Source: an uncultured Isosphaeraceae bacterium (GTDB lineage: Bacteria; Planctomycetota; Phycisphaerae; Phycisphaerales; SM1A02). From it: a stretch of DNA of 36,006 nucleotides. Each line of letters opens with the position of its first letter. Position 1 is the stretch's first letter. Location: positions 1-36,006 of the forward strand of contig CAZQUA010000001.1 of NCBI GenBank assembly GCA_964596455.1, given 5' to 3'. Below are positions 18,297-26,011 of this stretch, one piece after another. Both the position numbers and the translations under genes were made by a program. Under the pieces are notes generated by a model that ran no database searches, was not told where the DNA came from, and saw only the letters and a program-made list of their open reading frames with translations.

Positions 18297-19772
18297 CTAG
18301 CCCTGCGGCCGGCGGATGGTCCCGAGATCGACCACCATCCGGCCGTCCCGGTACCAGTCGAGGTTCAGCGTCCTCGAATCGATGAAGGTCAGCACGAGGC
18401 AGTTCGCCCCGCTCGCGTCGGCGAAGGCGAAGTCGCCGAGATGCGGGCCGGCGTAGCGGCGGTTCTCATGCTGCTGCGCGTGCAGGTGGAAGTGGAAGAG
18501 GCCGGTCCGCAGCGCCTCGAAGAGTTCCGGCGGACCCACGAAGCGGTCGTCGCCCACCCGCGAGCGGGGCGGGAACTCGAGCACCTCGAACCTCCCGGAT
18601 CCATCGAGGGCGATCACCCCGCCGAACTCGGTGGTCCGATCGAGGCGATCCCGGTCGGCGATCTCGAAGAGGTGGCGCTGCACCGCCGGCACCTCCGCGG
18701 CCTCGATCGCCAGATGCATCGCCACGAGATCGCTCCAGAGAAGGTCCCGTCGCCGCCGGCCGAGGGCTTCGCTCGGGCCGCTGCCGTAGCCCTCGAAGTC
18801 CGCGGCGTGGCGGCCGGCATCGCGTCCTTCGAGGCGGGCCGCCAGCGCCGCGTAGAGCGTCTCCTCGTCCTCGGCGAGCAGTTCCGGGCGGTGCGCGGCC
18901 GCCGCGGCCACCAGCGAGAGATCCCGCATCCGCAGGGTGTCCCGCCGCGCCGGCGGCAGGGCCGCGACCGCGGCGGCGACGCGATCGCGGTGCTCGGCGA
19001 GCGCCGGGGTGCAGATCGCCCGCGCCCAGAGGATCTCCTCCCGGGTGCGGGGCAGCACGCCGAGTTCGATGCCCACCTGCCGAAGGTCGCGAAGCAGCGG
19101 GTCGTCGCCGCCGATCTCCTCGTTGGCCAGCAGCTGCCGCAGGGCGGGCTCGCGATCGAGGGAGAGCAGCAGCTCCCAGCAGCGCATCCGCAGGTTCGCC
19201 TGCACCACCGGGTCGCTCTCGACCAGCGCCAGCAGCAGCACCGCCGGCAGGCGATCGGCGCCGTGGAGCCGCTCCAGCGCCTGCCGCTCCGGCCGCGGCG
19301 CATCGGAGATCTGCCACGCCGGCCGCGGCACCGCCCAGGCGCGGATCAGCGTCGGCGTCATCTCCACCCAGGCGAGCTCCGCGATGCGGCCGCATGCCCA
19401 CTCCCGCCAGAGATCGCTCTCCTCGCGAGGCAGGCGAAGCTCCAACTGCCGACGGAGCGACTCGCGGTCGTTCTCGAGCAGACGCTCGAAAGCGGCCTTG
19501 CGGGCCTCGATCGGAGCTTGAGCGGTCGCCACAAGGCGACGCAGGCTCGCGAGATAGGCGGGATCCGCCGGGGTCGCATCGAGCTGCCGCATCGCCGCGA
19601 CGAGCTGCGTGCTCGAGGCGTCGGGCCGCTCAAGCACCGCAAGGGGATCCTGCACCCGCGAGGGGCCCCCGCAGCCCGCGAATCCGACGGCGATCGCCAC
19701 CGCCGCCAGCCGCTGCCACAGCCGGAGACGAGATCCCCACGCGAAGAGCCTCTGCCGATCGGATTGGGCCAC
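18297..19772 (-). CDS. Hypothetical lipoprotein with a C-terminal HxH…P-H-x-x-D motif region
   Basis: The N-terminus RLWQRLAAVAIAVGFAGCGG is a lipobox-type signal. GC3-rich coding bias holds throughout. The start is GTG at 19772 (uncertain). I recognised no family. The C-terminus reads TEFGGVIALDG…FHFHLHAQQHENRRYAGPHLGDFAF. Confidence 0.55.
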   Translation of the reverse strand: MAQSDRQRLFAWGSRLRLWQRLAAVAIAVGFAGCGGPSRVQDPLAVLERPDASSTQLVAAMRQLDATPADPAYLASLRRLVATAQAPIEARKAAFERLLENDRESLRRQLELRLPREESDLWREWACGRIAELAWVEMTPTLIRAWAVPRPAWQISDAPRPERQALERLHGADRLPAVLLLALVESDPVVQANLRMRCWELLLSLDREPALRQLLANEEIGGDDPLLRDLRQVGIELGVLPRTREEILWARAICTPALAEHRDRVAAAVAALPPARRDTLRMRDLSLVAAAAAHRPELLAEDEETLYAALAARLEGRDAGRHAADFEGYGSGPSEALGRRRRDLLWSDLVAMHLAIEAAEVPAVQRHLFEIADRDRLDRTTEFGGVIALDGSGRFEVLEFPPRSRVGDDRFVGPPELFEALRTGLFHFHLHAQQHENRRYAGPHLGDFAFADASGANCLVLTFIDSRTLNLDWYRDGRMVVDLGTIRRPQG

Positions 19773-19935
19773 CGGCGAAGTCTACGGGTCCGCCTTGAGT
19801 CTCGCCCGCGCGCGGGTCGCGGGCGGCCGGGTGCGAGGACATTGCCGCAGGCCCGGGAGTCTCGGTAGCATCGCGCTGACGCGGCGGCTCGCGATTCACG
19901 CATTCGACGCACTCCAGCAGCCCGCCCGACCCGCC

Positions 19936-20199
19936 ATGCCCGAACCGACGCCGAGTCCGACTCCTGCCGATGCCGACCGCCACCGGGAGGTCGCAGCGGT
20001 GCTCGAGCGGATCCGGCCCGCCGTGCAGGCGGATGGGGGCGACATCGAGCTGGTGGGGGTGACCGCGACGGGCCGGGTCGAGGTGCGATTCCAAGGGGCC
20101 TGCGTGGGCTGCCCATCCTCGAGCGTCACGCTGCACCACTTCATCGAGCGGTTCCTGCTCGAGATCGACGGCATCCGCGAGGTCGTGGCGGTTCCCTGA
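19936..20199 (+). CDS. NifU C-terminal-domain (Nfu-type) Fe-S cluster scaffold/carrier protein
   Basis: VLERIRPAVQADGGDIELVGV…VEVRFQGACVGCPSSSVTL is the Nfu CxxC motif and surrounding consensus. ATG at 19936 inside track ORF 19609..20199. Confidence 0.8.
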   Translation: MPEPTPSPTPADADRHREVAAVLERIRPAVQADGGDIELVGVTATGRVEVRFQGACVGCPSSSVTLHHFIERFLLEIDGIREVVAVP

Positions 20200-20416
20200 G
20201 GTCCTCGGCAGGCGATCCGCCCCCCGGCGTGCCGGGCGGATGCGACCGCCGCTGCGGGCCATGGACATCCCCCGGGCAGTCCCGCTCGATCCGAGGAGGC
20301 GAGGAGGCGAGGCCGGGACCGGGCCATGGAAAGATCGCCTTCTCGGCAAGACAAGGTTGGGTCCGGGAACCGGCTGGGGTACTCTTGCAGGTCCGATTCG
20401 GCCCCGCGGGACCCGT

Positions 20417-20456
20417 TCCTGCGAGCGGTTCCGAGGTCAGGATCGCTCGCAGGAGG
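20417..20456 (+). promoter_or_regulatory. csrA leader hairpin with GGA in the loop and the Shine-Dalgarno sequence in the 3' arm
   Basis: CCTGCGAGCG (20418-20427) is the exact reverse complement of CGCTCGCAGG (20444-20453), extendable by a T17:A54 pair. The 16-nt loop GUUCCGAGGUCAGGAU carries CAGGAU. The 3' arm runs into AGGAGG (20451-20456), 8 nt before the csrA ATG. Confidence 0.45.
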
Positions 20457-20464
20457 TTCGAACG

Positions 20465-20695
20465 ATGCTCGTGATCACGCGGCGAGAGGGTGAGGAAGTC
20501 GTGATCGGGAATCCCGGAGCACCGCTCGGGATCATCCGCGTCGCCCAGATCAAGGGAGATCGGGTCCGCTTGGCGCTGGAGTTCCCCCGAGAGGTCGAGG
20601 TGCATCGCCGCGAGGTCGCCGAGCAGATCGCGGCGACCGATGCCGATGTGCCCGCACCGATCGTGGGATCGATCCGACCGGCCGCCGAGGCCTGA
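20465..20695 (+). CDS. csrA: Carbon storage regulator (RNA-binding translational regulator)
   Basis: MLVITRREGEEVVIGNPGAPLGIIRVAQIKGDRVRLALEFPREVEVHRREV matches the CsrA/RsmA consensus (MLVLTRK-GE-I-IG…V-V--I-G--VR-GI-AP--V-I-R-E). A strong AGGAGG RBS lies upstream. Confidence 0.9.
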   Translation: MLVITRREGEEVVIGNPGAPLGIIRVAQIKGDRVRLALEFPREVEVHRREVAEQIAATDADVPAPIVGSIRPAAEA

Positions 20696-20752
20696 ACCGG
20701 CCGCCGAGGCCTGAACCGGCCGCCGAGGCCTGAACCGGTTCCTGAACCTGAA
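20677..20752 (+). repeat. Tandem repeat: three perfect 19-bp units ACCGGCCGCCGAGGCCTGA plus two decayed units
   Basis: Units at 20677-20695, 20696-20714 and 20715-20733 are identical. They are followed by ACCGGTTCCTGA and ACCTGAA. The first unit encodes the last CsrA codons and the TGA stop (20693-20695). Confidence 0.9.
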
Positions 20753-21179
20753 GCAGGTCCGGAACGAGATCGGTCCCGACCCGGCCGCGGCCCCGCGTCG
20801 CCGCTTGCTGCGGATCGTCCGGGATCACCCGAGTCCAGCGGATCCGGGGGCAATCGCCTCCAGGGCCGTTAGGCGCTGAAGGCGGTGGTTCTCTGCGGGG
20901 CAAGCCCGCCGCCGTGGGTCGAGGCATTCCATGCCGCCGGCACCCACCCGATCGGTCGTCCCTGACCAGACTGCCGCAGACGCGGGATGTCGGAGCGGCG
21001 TTCGCCGTCCGATTCGGGCAGAGCGGGCATTCCTGCGAATGCCGCTCCATGCGGACGCCGGATCGATCCGTGATCCGGCCGCCCTCCCGACACCAGCCTC
21101 CTGCCGGTGATCCCGCGGCGTCGAGAACGGCCGTCCGTGGCCGCCATCGCCGCCCGCTGCGTTCGACGGGCGAAGCCCG

Positions 21180-21653
21180 TCATCCTCCGCTCCCCTGCTT
21201 GGAGTCCGAAATCGCCTGCCTCGCCCGCCGCCAGAACTCCGGCCGGGTCGGTGCCTCCCCCGCCTGGACCTGCAGCCACTGCTCGGGCCGCATCAGCTCG
21301 AGGTGATCGCGGACCCCGAGAATCGTCACCGCGTCCCGCAGTTCGAACTCCCGCAGCAGGCGGTCGGGAATCCGCACGCGGCCCGCCGCATCGAGGGGCA
21401 GCCGCGCCGCCCTCGAGAAGAGTTGCCGCTCGAAGACCATCAGCTCCTCGTCGCCCACGAGCGAGCCGCCGAGTTGCGAGGCCAGCCGCTCGAAGGTCCG
21501 CTCCGGCCAGAGCCAGAGCATGCCGTTGGGCCCCGGTGCCACGATCAGTGCGTCCCCGTGGGTCGCCGGGTCGATGACACCCCGGATCTCGCTCGGGATG
21601 GCGAGTCGCTGTTTCGTGTCGAGCGAGTGCTGGAATTCGCCTAGAAGGAGCAC
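21180..21653 (-). CDS. mraZ: Transcriptional regulator MraZ
   Basis: (GTG)LLLGEFQHSLDTKQRLAIPSEIR and the second SpoVT/AbrB-like repeat LDAAGRVRIPDRLLREF, at the typical ~155 aa length. The start is GTG at 21653. Confidence 0.85.
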   Translation of the reverse strand: MLLLGEFQHSLDTKQRLAIPSEIRGVIDPATHGDALIVAPGPNGMLWLWPERTFERLASQLGGSLVGDEELMVFERQLFSRAARLPLDAAGRVRIPDRLLREFELRDAVTILGVRDHLELMRPEQWLQVQAGEAPTRPEFWRRARQAISDSKQGSGG

Positions 21654-21684
21654 GCATCGTCACCTCGACCGGGACCGGGCGGAG

Positions 21685-21724
21685 ACTAGTCCACTTTGCC
21701 CCACTTCTCAACACTTTGCCCCAC
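21685..21724 (-). promoter_or_regulatory. Putative MraZ operator: four 10-bp-phased direct repeats
   Basis: Read on the mraZ-sense strand, the units are GTGGGGCAAA GTGTTGAGAA GTGGGGCAAA GTGGACTAGT. A 13-nt exact repeat GTGGGGCAAAGTG occurs twice, 20 bp apart. The array ends 31 nt upstream of the mraZ start. The motifs combine the TGGGN-type and AAAGTG-type MraZ boxes reported for other bacteria. Confidence 0.5.
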
Positions 21725-21878
21725 AATCCCCCCTCCAATCGGCCCCGCCGCTCCACTTGGTCTCATAAGCGACTGATGATCATGGATTTGTGATTATCCA
21801 CATCCTGCCCACCGGACTGCACCCCCACGCTGGATCGGCCGATACGACCGCATCCCGCGTCGTCTTCCGGGATCACCC

Positions 21879-22463
21879 ATGAGCGGTTCAGACCTGCCCT
21901 TCTCCTCGCCACTCGACCGGATCCCCAGCGGGCGGTTCCTGCTGACCGCCGCCTGGGGGGAGCAGCGACGGGGCCTGATCGTCGAGTGGGTGCAGCGGTG
22001 CGGCGGATCGCCCCCGATGCTCATGGTGGCGATGCGGAAGGGGCAGCTCCTGAGTCCCGTCGTCCGCGACAGCCGCCACTTCGTGCTGCACGCCTTCCGT
22101 CCCGAGGACCGCCTGCTCGAGCGGCTGTTCGCGGCCGGTGCCGCCGCCGACTCCGATCCGTTCTTCGGCCTGCCCCTCCGCCACGGCGCGAGCGGCGCTC
22201 CCATCGTGCAGCGGGCGCTGTGGTTCGCCGAGTGCGAGATGGTCCGCCATCTCGACGTCGACACCGACTGCGAGCTCTACATCGGACTCGTGCGGAACGC
22301 GGAGGCCATCGAGGGCGTCGCCGCCGCGAAACGGCCGCAGCTGCCTTCGGCGGTCGCCTCGAAGCCGCGGCGACGCGGCGATCCCGAGAGCGAACGCCCC
22401 GCGGCCGCCCCATCGCCGCCGGCGGCGGCCCCGCGACGCCGCAAGTCGCCCAAGGCCAAGTAG
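21879..22463 (+). CDS. Flavin reductase-like (FMN-binding split-barrel) domain protein with a basic C-terminal tail
   Basis: The pattern FLLTAAWGEQRRGLIVEWVQRCGGSPPMLMVAMRKGQLLSPVVRDSRHFVLHAF…ALWFAECEMVRHLDVDTDCELYIGLV follows the Flavin_Reduct domain layout. This call is by eye only. Confidence 0.55.
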   Translation: MSGSDLPFSSPLDRIPSGRFLLTAAWGEQRRGLIVEWVQRCGGSPPMLMVAMRKGQLLSPVVRDSRHFVLHAFRPEDRLLERLFAAGAAADSDPFFGLPLRHGASGAPIVQRALWFAECEMVRHLDVDTDCELYIGLVRNAEAIEGVAAAKRPQLPSAVASKPRRRGDPESERPAAAPSPPAAAPRRRKSPKAK

Positions 22464-22483
22464 GCGAGGTCTACGATCGCGGC

Positions 22484-23584
22484 ATGACGAGCGTCCCTGC
22501 CGCGGCGGCGAAGGCCCCCAATCCCTCGAACCTGCACGGTCTCGACTACCGCGCCGAGGCGGACCGGTTCGGTCCGCCGGCGGCCCCGATCATCGACATC
22601 CACCTGCATCTGACCGGCGGCCGCGCCGTGGAGATCTTCGCCGAGGCCGCCCGCCTCCATGGCGTGCACCGCTTCTTCTCGATGACCCCGCTGCCGATGG
22701 CGGAAGAGGTCCGGGATCGCCTCGGCGACGCGGTCGAGTTCATCGCGGTGCCGAACTGGCTCGCCCCGGATCGTCTCCACGAGCATGGGCGAGGCTTCCT
22801 CGACACCATCGAGCGGTTCCATGCCCTCGGCAGCCGCATGGTGAAGTTCTGGGCGGCGCCCCGCGGCCTCGACGTCGGGCGGGAGAGCGGCGTGCCGGAC
22901 CTTCTCCGCCTCGACGCCCCCGCCCGCCGCGACGCCATGCGGCTCGCGGAGAGCCTCGGCATGCGCTTCATGGTGCACGTGGCCGACCCGGACACCTGGT
23001 TCGCCACCCGCTACGCGGACCGCCGCCTCTACGGCGCGAAGGCCGACCACTACGAGCCGCTGCGTCGCCTGCTCGACGAGCATCCGGTGCCCTGGATCGC
23101 CGCGCACTTCGGGGGCTCGCCGGAGGACCTCGACCGCCTCGACACCCTGCTCGCGGCGCATCCGAACCTGCATCTCGACACCAGCGCCGCCAAGTGGATG
23201 GTGCGGGAGCTGTCGCGGCATCCGCGGCCGCGGCTGCTGGCGTTCCTCGAGCGTTGGCGGGGACGGATCCTCTTCGGCTCCGACATCGTCACCCACGACG
23301 ACCATCTGCTCGCCCGCGACGGCAAGACCGAGATGGCCGCGAAGGCGAGCGATCCCGACTCCGCGTTCGATCTGTACGCGAGCCGCTACTGGGCCTATCG
23401 CACCATGCTCGAACGCGACCGCGAGGGCCTCTCGCCGATCGCGGACCCCGATCTCGCCGCGGTCGATCCGGCGCGGCACGGCCCGCTCGACTCGCCGCCG
23501 CTGCGGGGCTTCTCGCTCCCGGCACCGCTGCTGCAGGAGCTCTACGCGGGCGCCGCGGAGCGGCTCTTCCCGCCGCGGACCTGA
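22484..23584 (+). CDS. Metal-dependent amidohydrolase (TIM-barrel, Amidohydro_2-like)
   Basis: N-terminal metal-binding motif IIDIHLHL, later MVHVADP, AAHFGG and FGSDIV, typical of the amidohydrolase superfamily. ATG at 22484 inside track ORF 21986..23584. Confidence 0.65.
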   Translation: MTSVPAAAAKAPNPSNLHGLDYRAEADRFGPPAAPIIDIHLHLTGGRAVEIFAEAARLHGVHRFFSMTPLPMAEEVRDRLGDAVEFIAVPNWLAPDRLHEHGRGFLDTIERFHALGSRMVKFWAAPRGLDVGRESGVPDLLRLDAPARRDAMRLAESLGMRFMVHVADPDTWFATRYADRRLYGAKADHYEPLRRLLDEHPVPWIAAHFGGSPEDLDRLDTLLAAHPNLHLDTSAAKWMVRELSRHPRPRLLAFLERWRGRILFGSDIVTHDDHLLARDGKTEMAAKASDPDSAFDLYASRYWAYRTMLERDREGLSPIADPDLAAVDPARHGPLDSPPLRGFSLPAPLLQELYAGAAERLFPPRT

Positions 23585-24690
23585 ATCGACCACGGGCCGC
23601 CGAGGGCGAGGCCCCACCGCTGCGGCGATGCCGCCGTCGCATCGCCTCGCCCCGCGGCGGCGGCGGCGGCCCGGGCCTGCGGCGAGGACCACTCCCGGAA
23701 GATCCGCTGCGCCGCCGCGAGCGGCGGCGACACCGGCAGCAGCAGCGCGGCGTTCGCGACGGTCCGCGGCCACGGCGGCTGGTCGAACGCGGCCACGCAG
23801 ACGCCGGATCGCGCGAGCAGTCCCGGCAGCAGCACCGCATCGGGGTCGAGCGGCGGCCGTCCGCCGCTCGGGTCGGCGCCTCCCGCCACGAGGGCGAGGT
23901 CCAGCGCCGCGGCGGTGCCGAGAAGATCGTGCCGCAGCGGCGCGGTCCGGACCCGATCGGCGAGGCCGAACCGCTCCAGCTGCGAGGCGAGGCCCTCCGC
24001 ATGCAGGTCGAGCGGATCGAGCACCACCGAGATGGGCATGCCCGCGAGCATCGCCAGCGCGAGGACGTTGAGGCCGTCATGCCGCGCCGACCGCACCGGA
24101 TCGACGGCGCCGCCCGGCACGAAGAGGCCGACCGCGACCGCGTCGGCGTCGAGGCCGATCTCGCAGCGGATCCGCGGGCGGCTCCGCCTCGCCGCGGCGA
24201 TCGCCGCCTCGACCGCCTCGCCCCCGGGCGAGGGCAGGGGCCGCAGCGGCTCGAGAGCGAAGCGGTGCCGAGGCGACAGCGACTCCAGCCACGCCGACCA
24301 TGCCGCAGCCTCGATCGGGCCGCGGCCGCGGAGGCGACGCTCGCGGACCCCGCTCGGGAACGCATCGAGCACCACCAGGCGGCGGCCCGGTCCGCGGGTC
24401 TCCGCGATCGCGAGGCCGGCGGCGTTGGACCAGGCGATCACCGCCGCCACCTCGATCTGCCGGGCGGCGGCCGCGATCGCCCGCGCCACGCCGCGTCGGT
24501 CCCCCGGCGGCACGCGGGCCACGCTCGGCAGTCCCGAGCCGACCCCCTCGCCGATGGCGATCTCGAGGTGCCGCAGTCCCGGCTGCGACGACGCCGCGTC
24601 GCGGACGAGCAGCCGCCGCAGCGGCGCCGACGCCGCATCCGTGTCGAGGCAGTGGAGCACCGCCGCATCGCCGTGGCCAGCGGGGCTCAT
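23542..24690 (-). CDS. Hypothetical protein with a GT-B (GT4-like) glycosyltransferase-like C-terminal half, possibly degenerate
   Basis: The segment RIRCEIGLDADAVAVGLFVPGG…GLNVLALAMLAGMPISVVLDP…LASQLERFGLADRVRT…LLGTAAALDLALV…LLPGLLARSGVCVAAF follows the order of GT4 C-domain elements, but I see no clear E-x7-E motif. The ATG at 24690 overlaps the upstream stop (ATGA). Confidence 0.4.
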   Translation of the reverse strand: MSPAGHGDAAVLHCLDTDAASAPLRRLLVRDAASSQPGLRHLEIAIGEGVGSGLPSVARVPPGDRRGVARAIAAAARQIEVAAVIAWSNAAGLAIAETRGPGRRLVVLDAFPSGVRERRLRGRGPIEAAAWSAWLESLSPRHRFALEPLRPLPSPGGEAVEAAIAAARRSRPRIRCEIGLDADAVAVGLFVPGGAVDPVRSARHDGLNVLALAMLAGMPISVVLDPLDLHAEGLASQLERFGLADRVRTAPLRHDLLGTAAALDLALVAGGADPSGGRPPLDPDAVLLPGLLARSGVCVAAFDQPPWPRTVANAALLLPVSPPLAAAQRIFREWSSPQARAAAAAAGRGDATAASPQRWGLALGGPWSIQVRGGKSRSAAPA

Positions 24691-25328
24691 CGGTCGCGGA
24701 GGTTCTCGCCGAGATCGACCCGCTCGTGCTTGTAGAAGAGCTTCGCGACGTCGACGGCGATGCGATCGACGAGGCCCTCCTCGAGGACCCGTCGCGAGGT
24801 CGGGGTCGCGTAGAGGTCGGTGCTCACCTCCCGCATCTGCGAGGCGACGAGGCGGCCCTCCGGGGGGTCGGGCGGATAGGTCCGCACGAGGCCATCCATG
24901 TCGATCACCCGCACGAAGACCTCCGCGTAGGGCCGAGGCCGCCCATCGGTGCCGACGAGGGAGAAGTCCGCCACCTGCAGATACACCACCTGGGCGGCGC
25001 CCACGGCCTTGGCGACCGCTTCGAGCGAGGCCGGCTCGGACTTGCGGTCGCTCGACCTCATGAACGCCACCGCGTCCCGCGAACTGATGACCTTGGGCAC
25101 GAGCTTCTCGCGAAGCAGGGCCTTGCCGACCTCCTCGCCGAGGCCCACGCGAAGCGGCAGGCGAGGCATCAGCGAGCGGGGGTCGTCGACGATCACCACG
25201 GTGTCGACCTTCGCGAGCTCGTGCTCCGCGTCGATCATGCCCGGCCCCTCCACGGCGTAGGCGATCGGCGCCACGATGTTGCATCCCGGCAGCAGCGCCG
25301 CCGCGGCCGCAAGGACCGCCCCCAGCAC
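24687..25328 (-). CDS. Hypothetical lipoprotein (paralog B of a tandem pair)
   Basis: Lipobox …AVLGAVLAAAAALLPGC. Start assigned to GTG at 25328, with low certainty. The longer track ORF to 25700 overlaps the upstream gene and is R/G-rich. Shares architecture and a C-terminal motif (RIAVDVAKLFYKHE) with the upstream lipoprotein. Confidence 0.5.
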   Translation of the reverse strand: MLGAVLAAAAALLPGCNIVAPIAYAVEGPGMIDAEHELAKVDTVVIVDDPRSLMPRLPLRVGLGEEVGKALLREKLVPKVISSRDAVAFMRSSDRKSEPASLEAVAKAVGAAQVVYLQVADFSLVGTDGRPRPYAEVFVRVIDMDGLVRTYPPDPPEGRLVASQMREVSTDLYATPTSRRVLEEGLVDRIAVDVAKLFYKHERVDLGENLRDR

Positions 25329-25345
25329 CGCCGCGAGCCGCGGCG

Positions 25346-26011
25346 CTAGGAGGGGTACTTGTCCTCGATGTGGTCGTAGAAGAGCCACGCGATCCTCTGG
25401 ATGAACTTGGAGAGAAGGCCCGTCTCGATCTGCCGGGCGTTGGCGGAGTCCCGGGCGACGCCTTCCATGTCGGGGAACTTCTCGACGACCGAGAAGGTCT
25501 CCGCGAACTCGTCGTGCTCGAAGCCGCCCCGCTCGATCACCCCGATGGTGGCCCCGGCGACGCCGTCCCACAGCCAGCTGTTGCCCGGCGGATGCAGGCG
25601 GTACTCGTGGATGTCCACCACCACCACCCGCTCGACGCCCAACTCCTCGGCGACCTCGCCGTAGGGCAGCGCCGTCCAGTTGGGAGTCTGCCACTGCCAC
25701 TGCAGGACCACGCGGGGATCGAGCACCTTCGCGCCCTCGACCTCCGCGGCGATCCTTCCGGAGAGGTTCGCGGCCACGTTGGGCGCGACGGTGGGATGCT
25801 CGTACAGCAGCGAGAGGTCCGACTGCACCACCACCGCGACGCTGCGGTTCCGAAGGCCGTCGTACTCGGCGAGCACCTCGATCTTCTTGGCCCGCTCGAG
25901 CTGCCCGCTCACCGCGCCGACGATGCCCATCACCTGGCAGCCCCCGGCGGCGAACGCCCCGAGCATCGCCCCGGCGAACGCGGCGGCCGCCATGGCCCTC
26001 CGGAGCCTCAT
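25346..26011 (-). CDS. Hypothetical lipoprotein (paralog A of a tandem pair)
   Basis: MRLRRAMAAAAFAGAMLGAFAAGGC is a canonical lipoprotein signal. The ATG at 26011 overlaps the DUF2752 stop (ATGA). C-terminal motif RIAWLFYDHIEDKY. Confidence 0.65.
   Translation of the reverse strand: MRLRRAMAAAAFAGAMLGAFAAGGCQVMGIVGAVSGQLERAKKIEVLAEYDGLRNRSVAVVVQSDLSLLYEHPTVAPNVAANLSGRIAAEVEGAKVLDPRVVLQWQWQTPNWTALPYGEVAEELGVERVVVVDIHEYRLHPPGNSWLWDGVAGATIGVIERGGFEHDEFAETFSVVEKFPDMEGVARDSANARQIETGLLSKFIQRIAWLFYDHIEDKYPS

Noticed and set aside
19805-19816. GC-only palindrome CCCGCGCGCGGG in the lipoprotein/nifU-like divergent spacer
   Set aside because: Short all-GC palindromes are expected by chance at this composition, and there is no flanking feature to suggest function.
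14859-19868. Very long plus-strand ORF (1669 aa) in the supplied track
   Set aside because: The translation is dominated by Arg/Pro/Ala/Gly/Ser runs with no recognisable motif. It lies antisense to four well-supported minus-strand genes (M20, dapF, M48, lipoprotein). This is a typical open-frame artefact of very GC-rich DNA.
20209-20240. GC-rich bulged hairpin (ATCCGCCC…GGGCGGAT) after the nifU-like gene as an intrinsic terminator
   Set aside because: The stem is plausible but has no following T-tract. Intrinsic-terminator rules are unreliable in such GC-rich genomes, so I did not call it as a feature.
20455-20463. GGTTCGAAC resembling a tRNA T-arm
   Set aside because: No acceptor, D or anticodon stems can be drawn around it. 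It lies between the csrA Shine-Dalgarno sequence and the ATG.
20696-21179. Possible CsrB/RsmZ-like GGA-repeat decoy sRNA next to csrA
   Set aside because: I counted about 8 GGA motifs on the plus strand, roughly what base composition predicts. They are not presented in regularly spaced hairpin loops. The region is kept only as a generic ORF-free finding.
21776-21783. ATGATCAT palindrome and nearby TGTGATTATCCACA in the AT-richer mraZ / flavin-reductase divergent region
   Set aside because: The half-site spacing does not fit CRP/FNR-type sites (TGTGA-N6-TCACA) and the palindrome is only 8 bp. It is probably just promoter-region AT-richness.
25329-25700. Upstream extension of lipoprotein paralog B (track 24687..25700)
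   Set aside because: The extension overlaps the 3' half of paralog A in another frame and is R/G-rich. The signal peptide and lipobox begin near 25328.
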